DNA of 64,000 bases from Eledone cirrhosa (lineage: Eukaryota), in assembly GCA_964016885.1 (NCBI GenBank), contig OZ024743.1:202678001-202742000 (forward strand), read 5' to 3'. This document shows positions 41,378-57,632 of the stretch, in pieces. Every line of letters starts with the position of its first letter. Position 1 is the first letter of the stretch. The position numbers and the translations under genes were made by a program. The notes below the pieces were generated by a model. It saw only the letters and a list, made by a program, of their open reading frames with translations. It made no database searches and had not been told where the DNA came from.

Positions 41378-41995
41378 CAGCAGAAATATTTATACACCAC
41401 GTAATATTTTCTTTTGTATTTCCAAACAATGTTATGCTTCTTTGCAGTGACAAATAGCAAATTAATGATACATTTCTCGGAAACTGTAGAGAGACACTTT
41501 ACTATATTTATATATTATGAAACCTATCACGAGGAATAGAAACGGCTATTTAAATTAAATTCAACTAGAAATATTGAAATATTTTACAGGGCAGAGGTGA
41601 GCTCTCCTCATTTCAATTATCAATTTGTCAAGTGTACAAATCACTTGTGAGTTTGCAATAAGAGATGATCTGACCTTAAGGTGAAAGAACAATGTTCCTC
41701 GCTAATATTTCACATTCTCAACAAAATCCCAAATATTCACAGATTCTATCATTCACATTCTATCGTTTCTCTCTCATTATTTCTTTGTCTAATAATCTGT
41801 TCACTCGAATGCATAAACACACATGCGCGCACACACACACACACACAAATATATATATACACACGCACATACTCAAAACCTAGATCACATATCCGTAATC
41901 GTCATTTCTCTTCAAATCATTTTTCGTCTAAATACAGTCGATCATTCTTTTCTCGAATATATCTTCACTCCTTCACCCTCTCCCCTTCTTTGCCT

Positions 41996-42090
<95 letters not shown>

Positions 42091-44377
42091 CCTCTCTCTC
42101 TCTCTCAATATATACCACACAGATGTATATACATTATCATGTGTCTATGCACATGTGTGAATACATACCAATCAATCATATATGTCTATGGTAATATTTA
42201 GTTAAATTGTATTTCAATTTACTGCAATCCACCCTTCCGAAAGATATGGCGGAACAATTGAACAAAATTATGCCTCCATAATGATGATTAGGATTTGGGG
42301 ACTTAATAGAGAAAGAATGACATTTAGCGAATAGAGACCTAAATCCTTCGACGCTCCGGAACTTGACGCATTACAGGATAAAGCGGAAGCAGATCAATGA
42401 AATGCAAATTGGAACCACTTTACGAGACATATAGATGGCTGTGTGAAGAGAACCAAACGGTGTGGTCTGTAATATGTTTGCTACTTGAACATATATTGAG
42501 GCTTAATCAATGGTGGATGTATGTTGTAAAGCACAAAAAATCTAATGATATAAGGATGCATCACTTATCACATGTCCAAAGCCTTTTGCATCCATGGATG
42601 TGGGAACAAATTGTTTAGAAGAGAGATATGTTAAGGGAATGACTCCTGAGAGATGAAATGGTGTTGCAATTGCCAACGTCGTAACAGATTCGTCTAACTA
42701 AACATCTTATTTATGGTACAGAAATTCGGTGTGTTTATGTGGTGGATCCTTCTCCAGGTTGGAAAATCGAAATTCACGTGTTCGATAGACTGGGCGTCCA
42801 AGTAAATTAATGGAACTGCCAATTCAACGAGCTTTCACACGATCTTCGTCCAATCAGTTTCACTCACAAGCTTTGGTAAAGATATTGCTGAAGATGCTAC
42901 GCCCTAAACTGTTTTTCGCTGTTCTTTATAAACGAAACATTTCCCAGACATAATGTTTATGACTTATAGAAAGTTATTTCTGAGTCTAGCTGTCCTCGAC
43001 AGTCTGTCATCCCCCATACTGCACAAACCCTTTTCTGTTTGTTATGTGAATGCTCACGAACTTGAATATTACTGCCAGGCTAAGAATGTAGCATTTGCTC
43101 AGTCTATCAACTGTTCATTTCACTGAAGCAAACTCACCAAGCAAGGGTAGTATACGCTTATTGTTCATTATCGATAAGAACGACAAGACCTTTGTTAAGT
43201 AAAGTTCCCATCCAGCCTTTATATATGAGTGGTCATACGTGTATTAAATTACATACGTACATTTTGTAGTTGTCACGATTATACTAACAGCAAATGCAAC
43301 ATCGGCTCAGCCTTTACGATGTTCGGGATCATTTGAGCTACTTCAAATAGCTACCATATAGTTCTTAAATTGCATCATATCGTCTTTAAAAGGAATGCAA
43401 TGTTTCAGAAAGTCAGTGTTTGACTTGAACTCCTTAGACCAGATGTCTGTTCAGTCCTAATAGATAAGGAACTCAACATCAACAATAACAACAACAGCAA
43501 AACATAACAATACTTACATCATTAATAAACAATATCCTATGCGAATCAATCATGTATTCACATTATTTATATTATCTAAAATGTATGTACATATGGAATC
43601 TGAACCGCAATTTTGTATCAATTACACGCTTCTTTACAATAGAAAGCTTTCTTTTCAAATGTATGATATAGTTATGTATTACTTGAATAAGACATTACAC
43701 ATACATTGATTAAACCTTTAGTCTGAAGCAAGAAGACATATCGCTTATATTCATTATGTCGATCCATTGTTCTCGCTAAATATCTGTCCAACATATTCCA
43801 TAACATAAATAAATTATCGTTGACTATATATATATATATATATATGTGTGTGTCTGTATGTGTATATATATATATGTGTGTGTGTGTGTGTGGGGGGGGG
43901 GGGGGTGGGTGTGTGTAGTGTGTGTGTTTGCGTGTGTGTGTGTGCGTGAGTTTCTGAGTGTGTATTTGAGCATGCATTTCTATATTCTACGATGAATTTC
44001 TATAGAATTTTGAATTGAGATTGACGTCACGCTTACAATGTAATCTACTCTACATTGTCGAAAATAATAAGTGCTAATTCATTAGGGCTACATATATAAG
44101 ATGATGCAGGTTCATTTCCATTCATATTCATCAATAAGAATTAATAGCTATATTCTATACAAATAATTTTATCATTATAACAAATACACATTTCACGTCG
44201 GACAATAATCTCGTAAATATTCCGACTGTTAGAATTGCTACTCAGAGTTTCATGATCTGAATCAGTAAACGAAAGATTGCTGTAGATTCCACAATACCTT
44301 AGCGTGTTCAATACTTTTTTCTGCGTAATTACATTCAATGAAATATCAAGCTATTTCTCTCTGCACCTCGCTTACTT

Positions 44378-44507
<130 letters not shown>

Positions 44508-44527
44508 CATATATATATGTATATATT

Positions 44528-46083
<1,556 letters not shown>

Positions 46084-46199
46084 TTTAAGGAAAAGAATAG
46101 GACCCCCATTTGGGTGTCTTCATATCATTCCAATTTGCTGATATTTGGTGAATAGGCATCTTATCTTGTCATTTACCTATAGTTTAAATTTCATATAAA

Positions 46200-46560
46200 T
46201 CGGAGGCAAAACATTTTCAGCGGGGTTTCCAACGGGGTTTTCAGCGGGGGTTTTGTGCCCCCGGGGAACCCTTTGATTAAAATGAAATATACGTGAGAAA
46301 TCAAATGAGCCTGAACCCCATACACGTGTCAAGTTTCATCAAGATCGGTTTGGCAGTTTTTGAGTTTTAGGTTCACAAACAATTTCACAACCAAACAGAC
46401 ACATAAACAAACAAATCCACAACCAAACAGACACACAAACAAACAAATCCACAACCAAACAGACACACAAACAAACAAATTCACAGCCAAACAGACACAC
46501 AAACAATCAAATCCACACACAAACAAACAGAAATTGCCATTTATGTATATATATATATAT
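46200..46560 (-). mobile_element. Probable non-autonomous Helitron/Helentron-type element with ~24-nt CAAACAGACA repeats
   Basis: AAGTTTCATCAAGATCGG motif followed by ACAAACAGAC arrays and TATATATAT, typical of DINE/Lep1-like elements (pattern only). Confidence 0.5.
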
Positions 46561-48772
46561 AAATATAATAAAAACACATTCATATCGAGATACATGCATA
46601 CATAAACGAATATATGTATATCTATGTTTTTATATGTATGTGTACGTATATGTGTGCATGTGTGTGCATGCGGTTATGTAATACATACAACAATGAGAAA
46701 CGTCCAATACACAGTACACAAAGCTGTATCCACCTAGTAATATGGTGCAAGCTTAAATCAAATTGCTGAACCCAGATGAGAATATCCATATAACCTTCTC
46801 TAACTTTCTAATTAAAACCTAACTATTAGTAATTATAATCAAATTCATTGGTTTTATTTACCAAATGTTATGTTTATGAAAGTGTTATATTCCCAATCGT
46901 AGAATTATATCAGTTGCCCGACTAACCATCATAAGTAAACCGTCTTTGATATTAATATTTTGAGTATGCTCTTGTCAAATTCAATCAAGGGATATATTAA
47001 TCAAACAAGACCATAAAGTAATTAACTATACGCATTTCTTTTATGAATTTACGAATTCAGCGAAATGGCCTTAATTGTAAAATTGAATAATACTATTTTG
47101 GGCTACATATTTTTGACTGCGTTTCCATTCCCAGATCAATACCTATTTATTTTGAGACTTTTATGTGATCCAAATCGATTGGAATAACAAGTGAGACAGA
47201 AACATGGACATAGTATATTGTAGTTTAATGAATAACTGCGAAAATATTTCAATATTGACTTTAACTGAACAGAATGATGAGAACGCCGTACCTATATACT
47301 TTAAATATTACCAACCAAAGACTGATGGGTTGTTAGATTTTTAAGAAGTGCTAGTTAAATTTTCTTTAATGTGCTTCGTACTCTTTTTGAAATGGATAAA
47401 TACACTGCATACATTATAGCCGTAAATATGACGAGGCTTGAGTGTCAGTCATTCATCTCATACAGAACACAGATTACATTTGTGACCACTTACACAACGA
47501 AACGTATATAAGAATGAATAATGGAACTAAGCGCAGGAACCATTCGTGGGTTTTTTTTTTCATTCAGCGTATTGAACGTAGAAAAATTATTCAGTATACT
47601 CTTTCATAAATACGGAATGTATCATTTGAGAAAAAAACTGAATACTATTTTAATATGGTCTAATAATTACAAAGATACACTTTCGTTGGCGTAACATGTT
47701 CCTCTGTATTTCTATATTTTTTTAGGAAAACGTGTTATTCTTTAAAAGGAATTCGGTTGCCATTTCTAACGACGGCACTGTAGGGGTGGTTTTAGTTTAA
47801 CAGAGGGATGTGTCATGTCGAAGAGACCAAGATTTCATACATTTATTTGATATGGAAGCCCAAAACTCTGAAACTAAGTATTACACTACCAATGTTAGCT
47901 CCCAATGTTATATTAAATTAATTATAAATGAAGAATTAACAAACTAAATCAACGAGGTTACTTATTCAAAAACATTACTTAAGTTAGAAACAACATATTC
48001 AATGTAGTAAGCAATAACACTTTAAGTTTAAATAATTGCAACTCAATGATTTATAACATTTTCTACTTATGCTAATTCGGAAAATACGGAGAACCACTCA
48101 GGAGGTTCCTTTAAATCTATTGATGCTAGTAGTACTGCTACTGCAATCATTACCTCTACTGTTGTAATAGATAATGCTTCAGTATTGTACTGTCTTGTGA
48201 TAATGTTGTTTGATCATTCCCCTGGTTATAACTTAAAGAGAAAACGAAGTAATATTTAACTAATTTTGCTTAAATTTCCTGGGAGATATATATAGCTCCA
48301 TGTAGAGTCTGTCACATAATTAAATTGTAATTCTCCGTGTGTTCTATCGTTTCATAATTACTATATTTTGTTAATTACTGTTTTAACTATTAATCAGCTT
48401 ATAAATAATTAACATTTTAATGATTGTTCTGGCAACATATTTTAAGAACATCAAACAATTTCATACATACATGATACAACATGATTATATGCTCACATAC
48501 AAAAGCACGCACACACACACGTATATTATATATATGTCCGTATGTGTATGTATGTATATATATATATGTCTGTGTGTGTGTGTGTGTATGAACCGAAATA
48601 ATTTTCACTTGCATTTAATCCTACGTTTTTACTTAGTAGGCGTAGCATTTACATAAAGTGTCCTATGAAGTATAGATTTCATATTGATGGTTTATCTTTG
48701 CTATAGTGCAATAGAGATCGCAATGTGATAAATCTCTCACAAAAGAATAATTCATTATATGAACCGTAGTAC

Positions 48773-48801
<29 letters not shown>

Positions 48802-48803
<2 letters not shown>

Positions 48804-49052
48804 ATAAAATAAAATAAAATAAAATAAAATAAACTAAAACAAATAAGTCAAATATTTAAAATTTGGCTTCGTTTATTACTGCTATATATATTTCGGTGAC
48901 AGCCACCTTTGGCTGTGACCTCTTCAGGCAGTCCGAATTAGTGTGGCAGAGACGAGTACACATGTTGTTGAGGTGTTTAACTTTGTCAATACTCTGATAT
49001 GCCCAGTTCCTGGTTGGGTTGTTATTTCATTGAGGAAGTGGAATCATATGAC
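48802..49052 (-). mobile_element. Solo family E pLTR
   Basis: Reverse complement of ~35849-36070; abuts (TA)n. Confidence 0.88.
48878..48932 (-). ncRNA. Type I hammerhead ribozyme (family E), intact
   Basis: ACTGC-CTGAAGA-GGTCACAGCCA aagg TGGCTGTCACC-GAAA-TATATA-TA^GCAGT. Confidence 0.88.
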
Positions 49053-49088
49053 CCTCCCCAAGTATAACAATATATATATATATATATA

Positions 49089-50635
49089 TTGTTATACTTG
49101 GGGAGGGTCATATTTGTGTAATATTGCCAGAATTAATAACAGAACACACTTACTGTTTGGTTGGTTTTCGCCTTTCGCTTCTGTGTCTTTTATATCGGTA
49201 ATCTAATTTATTCGGTCCTCAATGTTGCCATTGACTGACCAACGGTCAAAAATAATACAGATACAATATAGACACAAACACATATATATAGTTTATCAAA
49301 GTTCTTTCGTTGCAATTCTGCAACATCGTCAGTGGTGCTATTGTTTCCTCCCGTTGCATTGTATTTTCTACGCCATCTTTATTTAGTCTGTTTATATATT
49401 TATTTATTTGTTTATTTTAATTTGTCTTCTTTGCGCATGCGTTTGCGTGTGTGTATAGTGTTTTGTTTCATGTATGTTCGTGATTGGGTGACTGTGTATT
49501 GGTTAATGTACTTTATCTTTACTAGTGTGTGTTTATATGTGTTTGTTGTTATTGTGCTTGTGTATGTATTTATTTATTTATTTATCTATTTATTTATTTA
49601 TACTTCTCTTAGGTCAGTGTTGTTTGTTTGGGTGTTGTTGTTATTCCATTCATTCTTTCTGTTTGGCCTTGGCCTTCTAATTTCTATTTCACTGGCCTCT
49701 CTGATTTGCCTCTCTGCTGAGTCATTTCTATGTTTAGATATTATTCTAATTTCTATGTTGTCTATGTTACCGGCGTGTTGTTGTCTGGGATGCTCGTATA
49801 GTACGGAACCGATTTTTCGTTCTTTTAGTTCCCCCCAGTGTTGGTCTATCCTTTCACCTATGCTACGAGCTGTCTTGCCTATGTATGTTGTTGTCATGTT
49901 TCTGCAAGTACCCTCTGTACCTCTTATGCTATAGACCACGTTTCTAGTTTTACAGTTTATCCCGGGGGGGGGGTTACCTTACATATGATACATTTCTTAT
50001 TAGTACAGTGGGTTTTCTTAAAAGGGTACGTTTTGCTGATCAGGGATTTTATGGTGGTTCCTGGCTTTTCTACCACCTTAATCTTTAAGTGTGTCTTTCT
50101 CAGGGCCTTTCTACACTGGTTAGCTAATTTCCTTCCAGGGGTAGCGTCCACAAATATGACACTCTGGTATCTCTGGTTGTCGCACCATGAGGTGGCCTTC
50201 CCTATCTTATGTCTAGCCTATCTTAGCTATTCCATGATTTGCTCATGTATAATTGTCAAATTCCTTTCATGTCCAGTTCTTTGAGGGTCTTATACTTCTC
50301 CGTGGCTCCTTCGTATACTCTGAATGTCTCTTTGGTTGTAGCCAGAGAACTGCATGCGGTTGATGAAGTGTTGGATGTGTCTTTCCATTTCTGTTAGGTC
50401 GAATATGCGGGACACATTCTTCAACACTCGTACCAAGTCTGCGATCAGAATATTAAACTTAGCACTACTGGACATTGCTGAGTTTTTGAGTATCAGGTAT
50501 TTGGAGGCCATGGGTTTAGCATAGTGTGAGTGGAGAATTTGGGCTCTCTCGTCTATAGTGTTAATCCAGAGTTCCGTGTCTAATACAGGTAGTCTATTGT
50601 TAGGGTGTTTGGAAGGGTAGTCGATAGTTACAGTT
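49089..50635 (-). mobile_element. 5'-truncated PLE (family G; RT end + GIY-YIG + pLTR), related to 44808-45322
   Basis: LPVLDTELW, HYAKPMAS, RMQFSGY, KVVEKPG, VVYSIR...YIGKTARS, RQIREA. Confidence 0.87.
49295..49336 (-). ncRNA. Degenerate hammerhead (family G)
   Basis: ACCA-CTGACGA-T-GTTGCA gaat TGCAAC-GAAA-GAAC-TT-TGAT; stems I and III imperfect. Confidence 0.55.
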
Positions 50636-50690
50636 ATATATATATACATATGCGAGAAAGAGAGAGAGAGAGAGGGTTATATATATATAC

Positions 50691-50870
50691 AGAAAAAAAG
50701 CTAAAATCGAAAATGCAACTGGAGTCTTATTTAAACAAATATATATATAAATATATATATACTTTTGAAAAGCAGAAGAACTGCAATACCCGTAAAGGAA
50801 CCAAATAAATATATATATATATATTTTAAAATAAGACACCAGTTGCATTTTCGATTTCATCTTTTTTTCT
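50691..50870. repeat. ~45-bp inverted repeat around a TA-rich core
   Basis: AAATCGAAAATGCAACTGGAGTCTTATTT and AAATAAGACACCAGTTGCATTTTCGATTT. Confidence 0.85.
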
Positions 50871-50920
50871 TTATACTTTCACTCGGTTATTTTTCATTTT
50901 GTAAAAAAACCTCAGTTTCT

Positions 50921-51019
<99 letters not shown>

Positions 51020-51046
51020 AGAGAGAGGGAGATTGATTGATTGGTT

Positions 51047-51149
<103 letters not shown>

Positions 51150-53289
51150 GCTGTTTGCATTTATCCCTAGGTAAATTCATATCTGATTAATATGTTGACG
51201 TTTATGGATGAATTTGAAATGAGAAATATAAAAAAATGCTAAAACAAAAGACAGCATTACCTTTGGGATTCTGAGTAGTGATTGAGTGAGAAATGTGTGT
51301 CAGGACTTTACCGAGGGGCTTTATTTTAACACGTCCTTCCTTTGAATATAACAATTATAAAAATGTTTATTGCATTATATATAAATGCTCCATCAGAATC
51401 AGCAAATTGCAGTGTTACAGTGAAAAACATATAAAATAGGTTACTTATGTATGAAATCAAAGGAAATTTACAACTGATACATAAGCAGATTTTGCTAGCA
51501 CCCTAGGATATTTTTTGTAGGATTTAATGATAGGTGATGCAAGCATATCATGAAACTCACACGAAATGTAGCATCGTTCTCAAATTGCACAACACACAAA
51601 ACTGGGAGAGTCGAATCCATGATTTTATGATCTTCATTCTAACACTCGAACAATTAAGCCATACTATATTAACGTATATGAATACTTAATGTGTTTTTGC
51701 ATATAGCTCGTTTGCTTTTCATTATCGAAAATATGCAGAATGGACATGTACGCAGATATTCTGAGTTTTCAAACTACAACCATCGCTAGTTTAGAAAACA
51801 ACAGTCAGGATTTAAGCCAATAAGGGCATCTCTGTTTAGCTGGTCGTACTGCTAAAAATGGCAGCTACCTTTCCTCTAATCATACGCAGACCTATGAAAA
51901 TGTCATCCTAATTACACAAACATATACGATGTTGACGATTGCAACACCTTCCATCATATGGTTACACAGTAACATCAATAACGAACTAAATTGATTTTCT
52001 GGTAAAGAAAGAAATAACGAGATAAATTACAGGTTGTTGTGTGTTTACTTATGTTTTAGTAAGTAAAATATTCCTTAGCTGATGACGAAGACTGATTATT
52101 TGGTTTATATGGTGCGCTGTTTCTAGCAATTAAGTTTCAAGCCTTCACATTTGTCGGTTTTGCTTACCTCCTACAATATTGCATCCTGAAATGAAGCGTC
52201 TTGTTCAAGTTGAATACGCGTTTAACAATGCAGGAAGCGAATCCCCTTTATGATCGGGAATTCAACAACATAAACACCTTAGTTTATCAATACATACGTT
52301 AAAAAAAATACCTTTCTTTAGATTACGTAATATGCTTTTAAAAATATCAGGGAGTAGATGGAGTAAGAAACACAAAACAAAATAGTAGTGACGTGAGCGT
52401 ATGAGTGAATCAGAATAAGGTTGGTTGACCTGCTAGGAATAGATAAATAATCTACCTGAAATCACGCCATACTCTCGTTAATAAAATTGTTATATTGGAT
52501 AATGTAGTTTTAGAAGAAGAAGAAGAAGAAGAAGAAGAAGAAGAAGAAGAAGAATGTGTAGCAGCATCACAAACAAAATGCAGGTACACCTGTGCTGTTA
52601 TCATGTAATGGTTGCAGTTACTTGCTTTCTCGTCTGAACCGAATGCGTAACATATATGGCAAGTCTCATTTAACATAATACAAGGAAGACCAAAATCTTG
52701 TAAGATAAATTCGGTGAAGAGAAACTACCTGAAGATTCGATTATTCCTCTACGTGGACTACTACTTAGGTTGTTGAAAGTACTCTTTCTGAAGGTCCTGA
52801 GGTGGGTGTCGCGATGTGTTCTCGAGGAAAATAGTTTATTTCAACTTGCTCATTCTGCCAAGTGTTGCGACCAGTACATATTATCAACACTGGGAAGACG
52901 AAAGATGTTTATTTATTTTTCCTTCATTAACAAAACTACATTTATTCTATTTCTTTTAGTGGAGTTCATTCTGCTTATAAAATTCAGGCCAAGCCACCTA
53001 TCTCAAGATAACTTTCGTCCATCGCTTAACAAATGACAGAAGTTATAAAACAGGCCATGGTGCTTTCCTTGCTCCACTGCCGAAGTCATTGAAATGATTA
53101 AAACAGCGACAACTCACCTTACAAATAAGACATTATATCATGGGCCCTAAAATCCTAATGACGTTTTAGGGAACCAGTCGTGACCTAAGCATTGCCATCC
53201 TGACATCCGCTGTGTCTTAAGGATTTTATAGCATCTGGATCACTAGGGGTGAGATAAAAAGACATAAATACTGAGAGTGAAAGGATTGA

Positions 53290-53430
53290 CCCCAGAAATG
53301 GATTGATACATTATCAACCTTCAAAGAGCGAAAGGCGAAATTAACCCTGGCTGGATTTGAACTCGGAGCGTAGAAAACCATAACGTATATTACAAAGCAT
53401 TCTATCCGACTCTCCAAAAACTCTGCGAAT
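53290..53430 (-). mobile_element. Old SINE copy
   Basis: GGATTTGAACTC (B-box, reverse) and GAAAAGGCGAAATTAACC. Confidence 0.65.
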
Positions 53431-54021
53431 TCACTGCTTTAACTAACTAAGACACTAAACTTTCACCGATCATAGGAAACTAAGTGCATTGCATTGGATT
53501 TAATTTAGTCCTGAGTAGAATATTGTACAAGTTTGAGAAAATATTCCTTCACTTCTCCTGGTGAAATTTCTTTGGTAATCTTGATTTCTAGGTTACCTTC
53601 TATACATGTCAGATCGATAAAATAGGTTAGTAAACATGCCCAAGGTCGAATCAATTGGCTATATTGATCATGTGTCAATGTTTGGGATCAATAATTTGTC
53701 GATTGCACTTGAAACATTTTTGAATGTCAACAATTTTTCTGTTCATTTTTGCTTATTTAATAGAACGGTTCGTATGCACACGCGTATATACACATGTATG
53801 TACACGCGTATACACACATGTATGCACACAGGCACGCACCCACATACACAAAACACACATACATACATTATATATATGCAAGGATAAATCCATTATATTT
53901 CTACTATATGCTTATATATCTACATATGCACATGAAGCTTGATATATGCATGTATGTGCATGACTTTATATATGTAAGCATTAATTATTGTTTTTGTAAT
54001 TAGTGATGAAACATCATCATC

Positions 54022-54310
54022 TTCTTCTTTTTCTTCTTCTTCGCCCACTTATTCCTGAGAGGGTCATGGGGGAACAACCCTCAAACACTCCTTTCAGCGA
54101 TCCTGTCAGAAGCAACCGTCTCCAACTGATTCCGCTGGATCTTCAAGCGAGACCAGTCAAGCCCATTGATGTTAACCATCCATCTTGCTAGGGTCTAGCC
54201 CTGGGTCTCCTGTTGGTTGGTTTTGCCCGCAAAATCTGCACAGCGATACTTTCATGATACTTTCTAACCACAATCCCATAGTATCGGAGCTGCGATCCCT
54301 CAATTCGGAG
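54022..54310 (-). mobile_element. RTE-like LINE 3' fragment with (GAA)n tail
   Basis: Minus-strand SQLRYYGIVVR...RRPRARP pattern. Confidence 0.55.
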
Positions 54311-55004
54311 AAGTAGCGTATTTACTTAGATGTAGAACATTTTAATTTAAAACACATGTACTTTAAGGAAATAACATAATGTTTCAACTGTATTGCAAAT
54401 GGTTTTATTTTATCTTATTTATTACGAAATATCCTCTCACATCGAGGACACTTTCATAACGGTATAGCGGCCAATGTAGGCGCTTCAGTAAACAACAAAC
54501 ACAACGACAAGATGAACGCAATGAACAACAATAACAAAATAAGAATGTTACCTGCATGAACAATAACAAATGGCCCCCAAAAATATATAAAACAAAATAT
54601 AATAAGCTTTAACATTTAACGAAACCAACATTAGCATTTCAAATAACTGCACAATAAACTTCTAACAACAACAACATTATTTCACGTTTTCTCTCTTTAC
54701 TCCCACCATCATACTAGTTACCACCGTTTATTCACCTTTCTAACCCTGTCACGAATTGGATGAGTAGTACCTCCACCGTTTTCATTATTATTTACCCCTA
54801 CCCTTCTACCGATAATTCATCAACAGCACACTAATGTATTTACATCGCAACTAGAAATTATTCCTTCAAAGTATTCTAATTTAAAAATAGAAAATCCAGC
54901 ATCAACAATAACACCAACATGAAAACCCTTGGCTTCCCTCGACGATGAATTTTCACTTATATTTATTCAACCGATTGAATTTCTACAGCTAAGATCCACA
55001 CACA

Positions 55005-55104
<100 letters not shown>

Positions 55105-55338
55105 TGTGTGTGTCTATGTAAAAGGAAAACAGAAATAACAACCAGTATATGGAAGGAATATATTAGGTTAACGCGTGAAGTAGCAGTCCTTCATCAGAAG
55201 AAAGAATGAGAAATTAGAATGATTGAAGTGATGGGCGGGGTGGAATTGGAAAGAAATAAAGGTACTAGGGTAGGAGAGAAAAATAGACGGGTGAGAAGAA
55301 TATATATATAGATAGATAAAAAAATAGATAGATAGATA

Positions 55339-55686
55339 AATTTCTTTATTGGCCACAAGGGCACAAAAGAAGGGGACAAATACAAATGGGGAGTTTACAT
55401 ACAGGTATATGAAAATAAAACTATTAATACAATAACAAATAACAATTGAAATACCCAATAGGGGGAGGTGTTACACAGGGGTTGTACACACCCCGAAAAA
55501 ATGTACAACCCTCATCTCCAGGAGCACCAAGTGTGAGTACTCCTTTCCTCTCTTCCTCTTTTTCCTCAACCTACACCCTTATATAGAGAGAAGGCCCAAC
55601 CACTCGGGCCATCTTTGCCACATTCACCCACCTTTTATAAAATTTGCTGGGGTAGAGCACCTCTCTCTCCATCCTGATTCTTCTTA
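55339..55686 (-). mobile_element. Probable L1/Tx1-type 3' end inserted in (TAGA)n
   Basis: RIRMERE..KFYKRWVNVAKM-like end, AATAAAGAAATT terminus, (TAGA)n on both sides. Confidence 0.45.
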
Positions 55687-56112
55687 GATATAGATAGATA
55701 GATAGATGGGTAAATCTCTGGGAAACAAAATCGGGTGGAATTGTTTACCGTGTGCGTACAACAGTAAGTAACGAACACGGTAAACAACGAAGGCCACGTG
55801 CTGTCTTTCTCCGACACAAAATCTCCCCTGGGACCCCCGTCCCCCCTATTATTTTTTACATTTTCCTACGTTCCTTTACGCTGTTTACATCTCTTTCTAC
55901 ATCTCTATCTTATTATCACCTGATTTTCTTACCCGGAAATCTACCCATCTGCATTACTGAGGCTTTCAAAACGCCTATCTTTTACTATTCCACAATGCTT
56001 CAAGCAAACTTTTACACTCTCTTATATATATATGTGTCTGTGCTGGTGGGGTGTATAATTGCAAATATACATGCATAACTGCAAACGAATCGAATATTAT
56101 TATTAATATTCG

Positions 56113-56303
56113 AGGTGGTGGATTGGCAGTATCGGTAGAGGGTTTGACGCCATGCTTTCCAGCATAGTTACGTCCCTTTACGATCTGAGTTCAAATCCCG
56201 CCGAGGTTTACTTTGCCTTTCATCCTTACGGGGTCGATAAAATAAAGTACCAGTAATGCATTGGATAATTGCTGGCCTTGTGCCTAAAGTAGAAACAATT
56301 ATT
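56113..56303 (+). mobile_element. SINE
   Basis: TGGCAGTATCGGTAGAG, GAGTTCAAATCCCGCCGAGG, full body. Confidence 0.88.
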
Positions 56304-56327
56304 AATATTCGAAAAACTCAGATTTAC

Positions 56328-56363
<36 letters not shown>

Positions 56364-56364
<1 letters not shown>

Positions 56365-57632
56365 TTGTCTAAGGTTCTTCCACGCTGTTCGGCGCATCGA
56401 GCAGCAAGAACTCGTCAAGAGTCACGATCAGCTGCGGCTATTTCGTGCCTGTGCCAAGAGATTTTGGCTGCCATCAGGTCTTTTGAGAACGTTCGTCGCC
56501 AGGTGATCCTGGGGAAACCTATCCTCCGTTTGCCGCCAGTTGGGGTCCAGTTTATCGCTGTTTTCGAGTGTTTTCGTTGAGCAGACACAGAATATGGCCT
56601 TCTTCTCTAACGTCCACGACTCGGCTTTCCGCAGGATATCCTCGTTTTGCACTCGGTCGACAGGACACAAGAATGCTGATTCGCAAGCACCGCTGGTGGA
56701 AAGCATTCAGCCGTCTATTCTATCATTGCCATGCTCTTCCATGTTTCGCTCGCGTAAAGCACTGTCGGCAGAAGACGATCGCTGGAAAACTGTGGCTCCT
56801 TTGCCAATCCGGCAGTTGATGTCAATCTCGGCGTCGCCATTGCTCGCTAGACTGCTGCCCTGATAGGTAAAGTGATCGACTTCTTCCATCACCTGTTTCT
56901 TGGTTGTTTTCATCACCTCTGTCTTTTTGGTGTTGATTCTCTGGCCGATATTTTCCGCACTCTCTTGCAGGGAGGTTGATGGGCCTGCAGATCTACACTG
57001 TCTTCAGTGATCAAGGTGATGTCGTCGGCGAATGCCAGGTCCCTCAGCCTCGACTGGCCTCTCCATGGGATTCCTCGACCGGGTCCTTCATCGGTTCACC
57101 TTAGAATGAAATCTGCTGCCAACAGGAACAACAGCGGTGAGAGAATGCAACCCTGTCTGACTCCGGAGACACTATCAAAGAACTCCGTCACACCTGCCAG
57201 AGTTCGCACGCAGCAGCTGAAGTTTGCGTGCAGAGCCTCAAAAATGTCGATTAATCTTGCAGGAATGCCGTACGAGTGCACGATATTCCACAACGTTTCC
57301 CAATGCACACTATCAAATGCATTCTGGAATCGGTGAGGATATCATTATAACGGCACTGACAATCTTGATGAACCAATAGCGGAGGGTTGGTCGTGTTCCT
57401 CTAGAGTCGCAACGCGGTGTCATCGTCAAACTGCCGAAGAAGGAAAACCTGGCTGACTGCAACAACTAGCGCATTGCTGTCACATTGCTGTCAGTCCCAG
57501 GCAAGGCGTTCTTCCCTGCGCTGATGCGTCGACTCCGGTAGGCTATCGACTCTTGCACCGAACAGATCTTCACACTACGCAACACGCTCGAACAAAGCGT
57601 TGAGCTCCAGCAACCTTTGGTGGTCAGCTTCC
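56364..57632 (-). mobile_element. RTE-clade LINE fragment with 5' inversion (57331-57632 on +)
   Basis: Minus: AFDSVHWETLW, GVRQGCILSPLLF, FADD, FTYQGS. Plus: GVIVKLPKK.NLADCNN.R, SCTEQIFTLR. Confidence 0.85.

Noticed and set aside
42230-42900. Possible very old LINE and SINE fragments
   Set aside because: Only faint motif resemblance; cannot be supported
55165-55200. Minus-strand CTGATGAAGGA...CGCGTTA hammerhead remnant
   Set aside because: GAAA and the 3' strand of stem II are missing
55741-55790. 13-bp hairpin TTGTTTACCGTGT/ACACGGTAAACAA followed by CGAAG
   Set aside because: No CTGANGA core; at most a decayed pLTR (downstream tail resembles 61257-61340)
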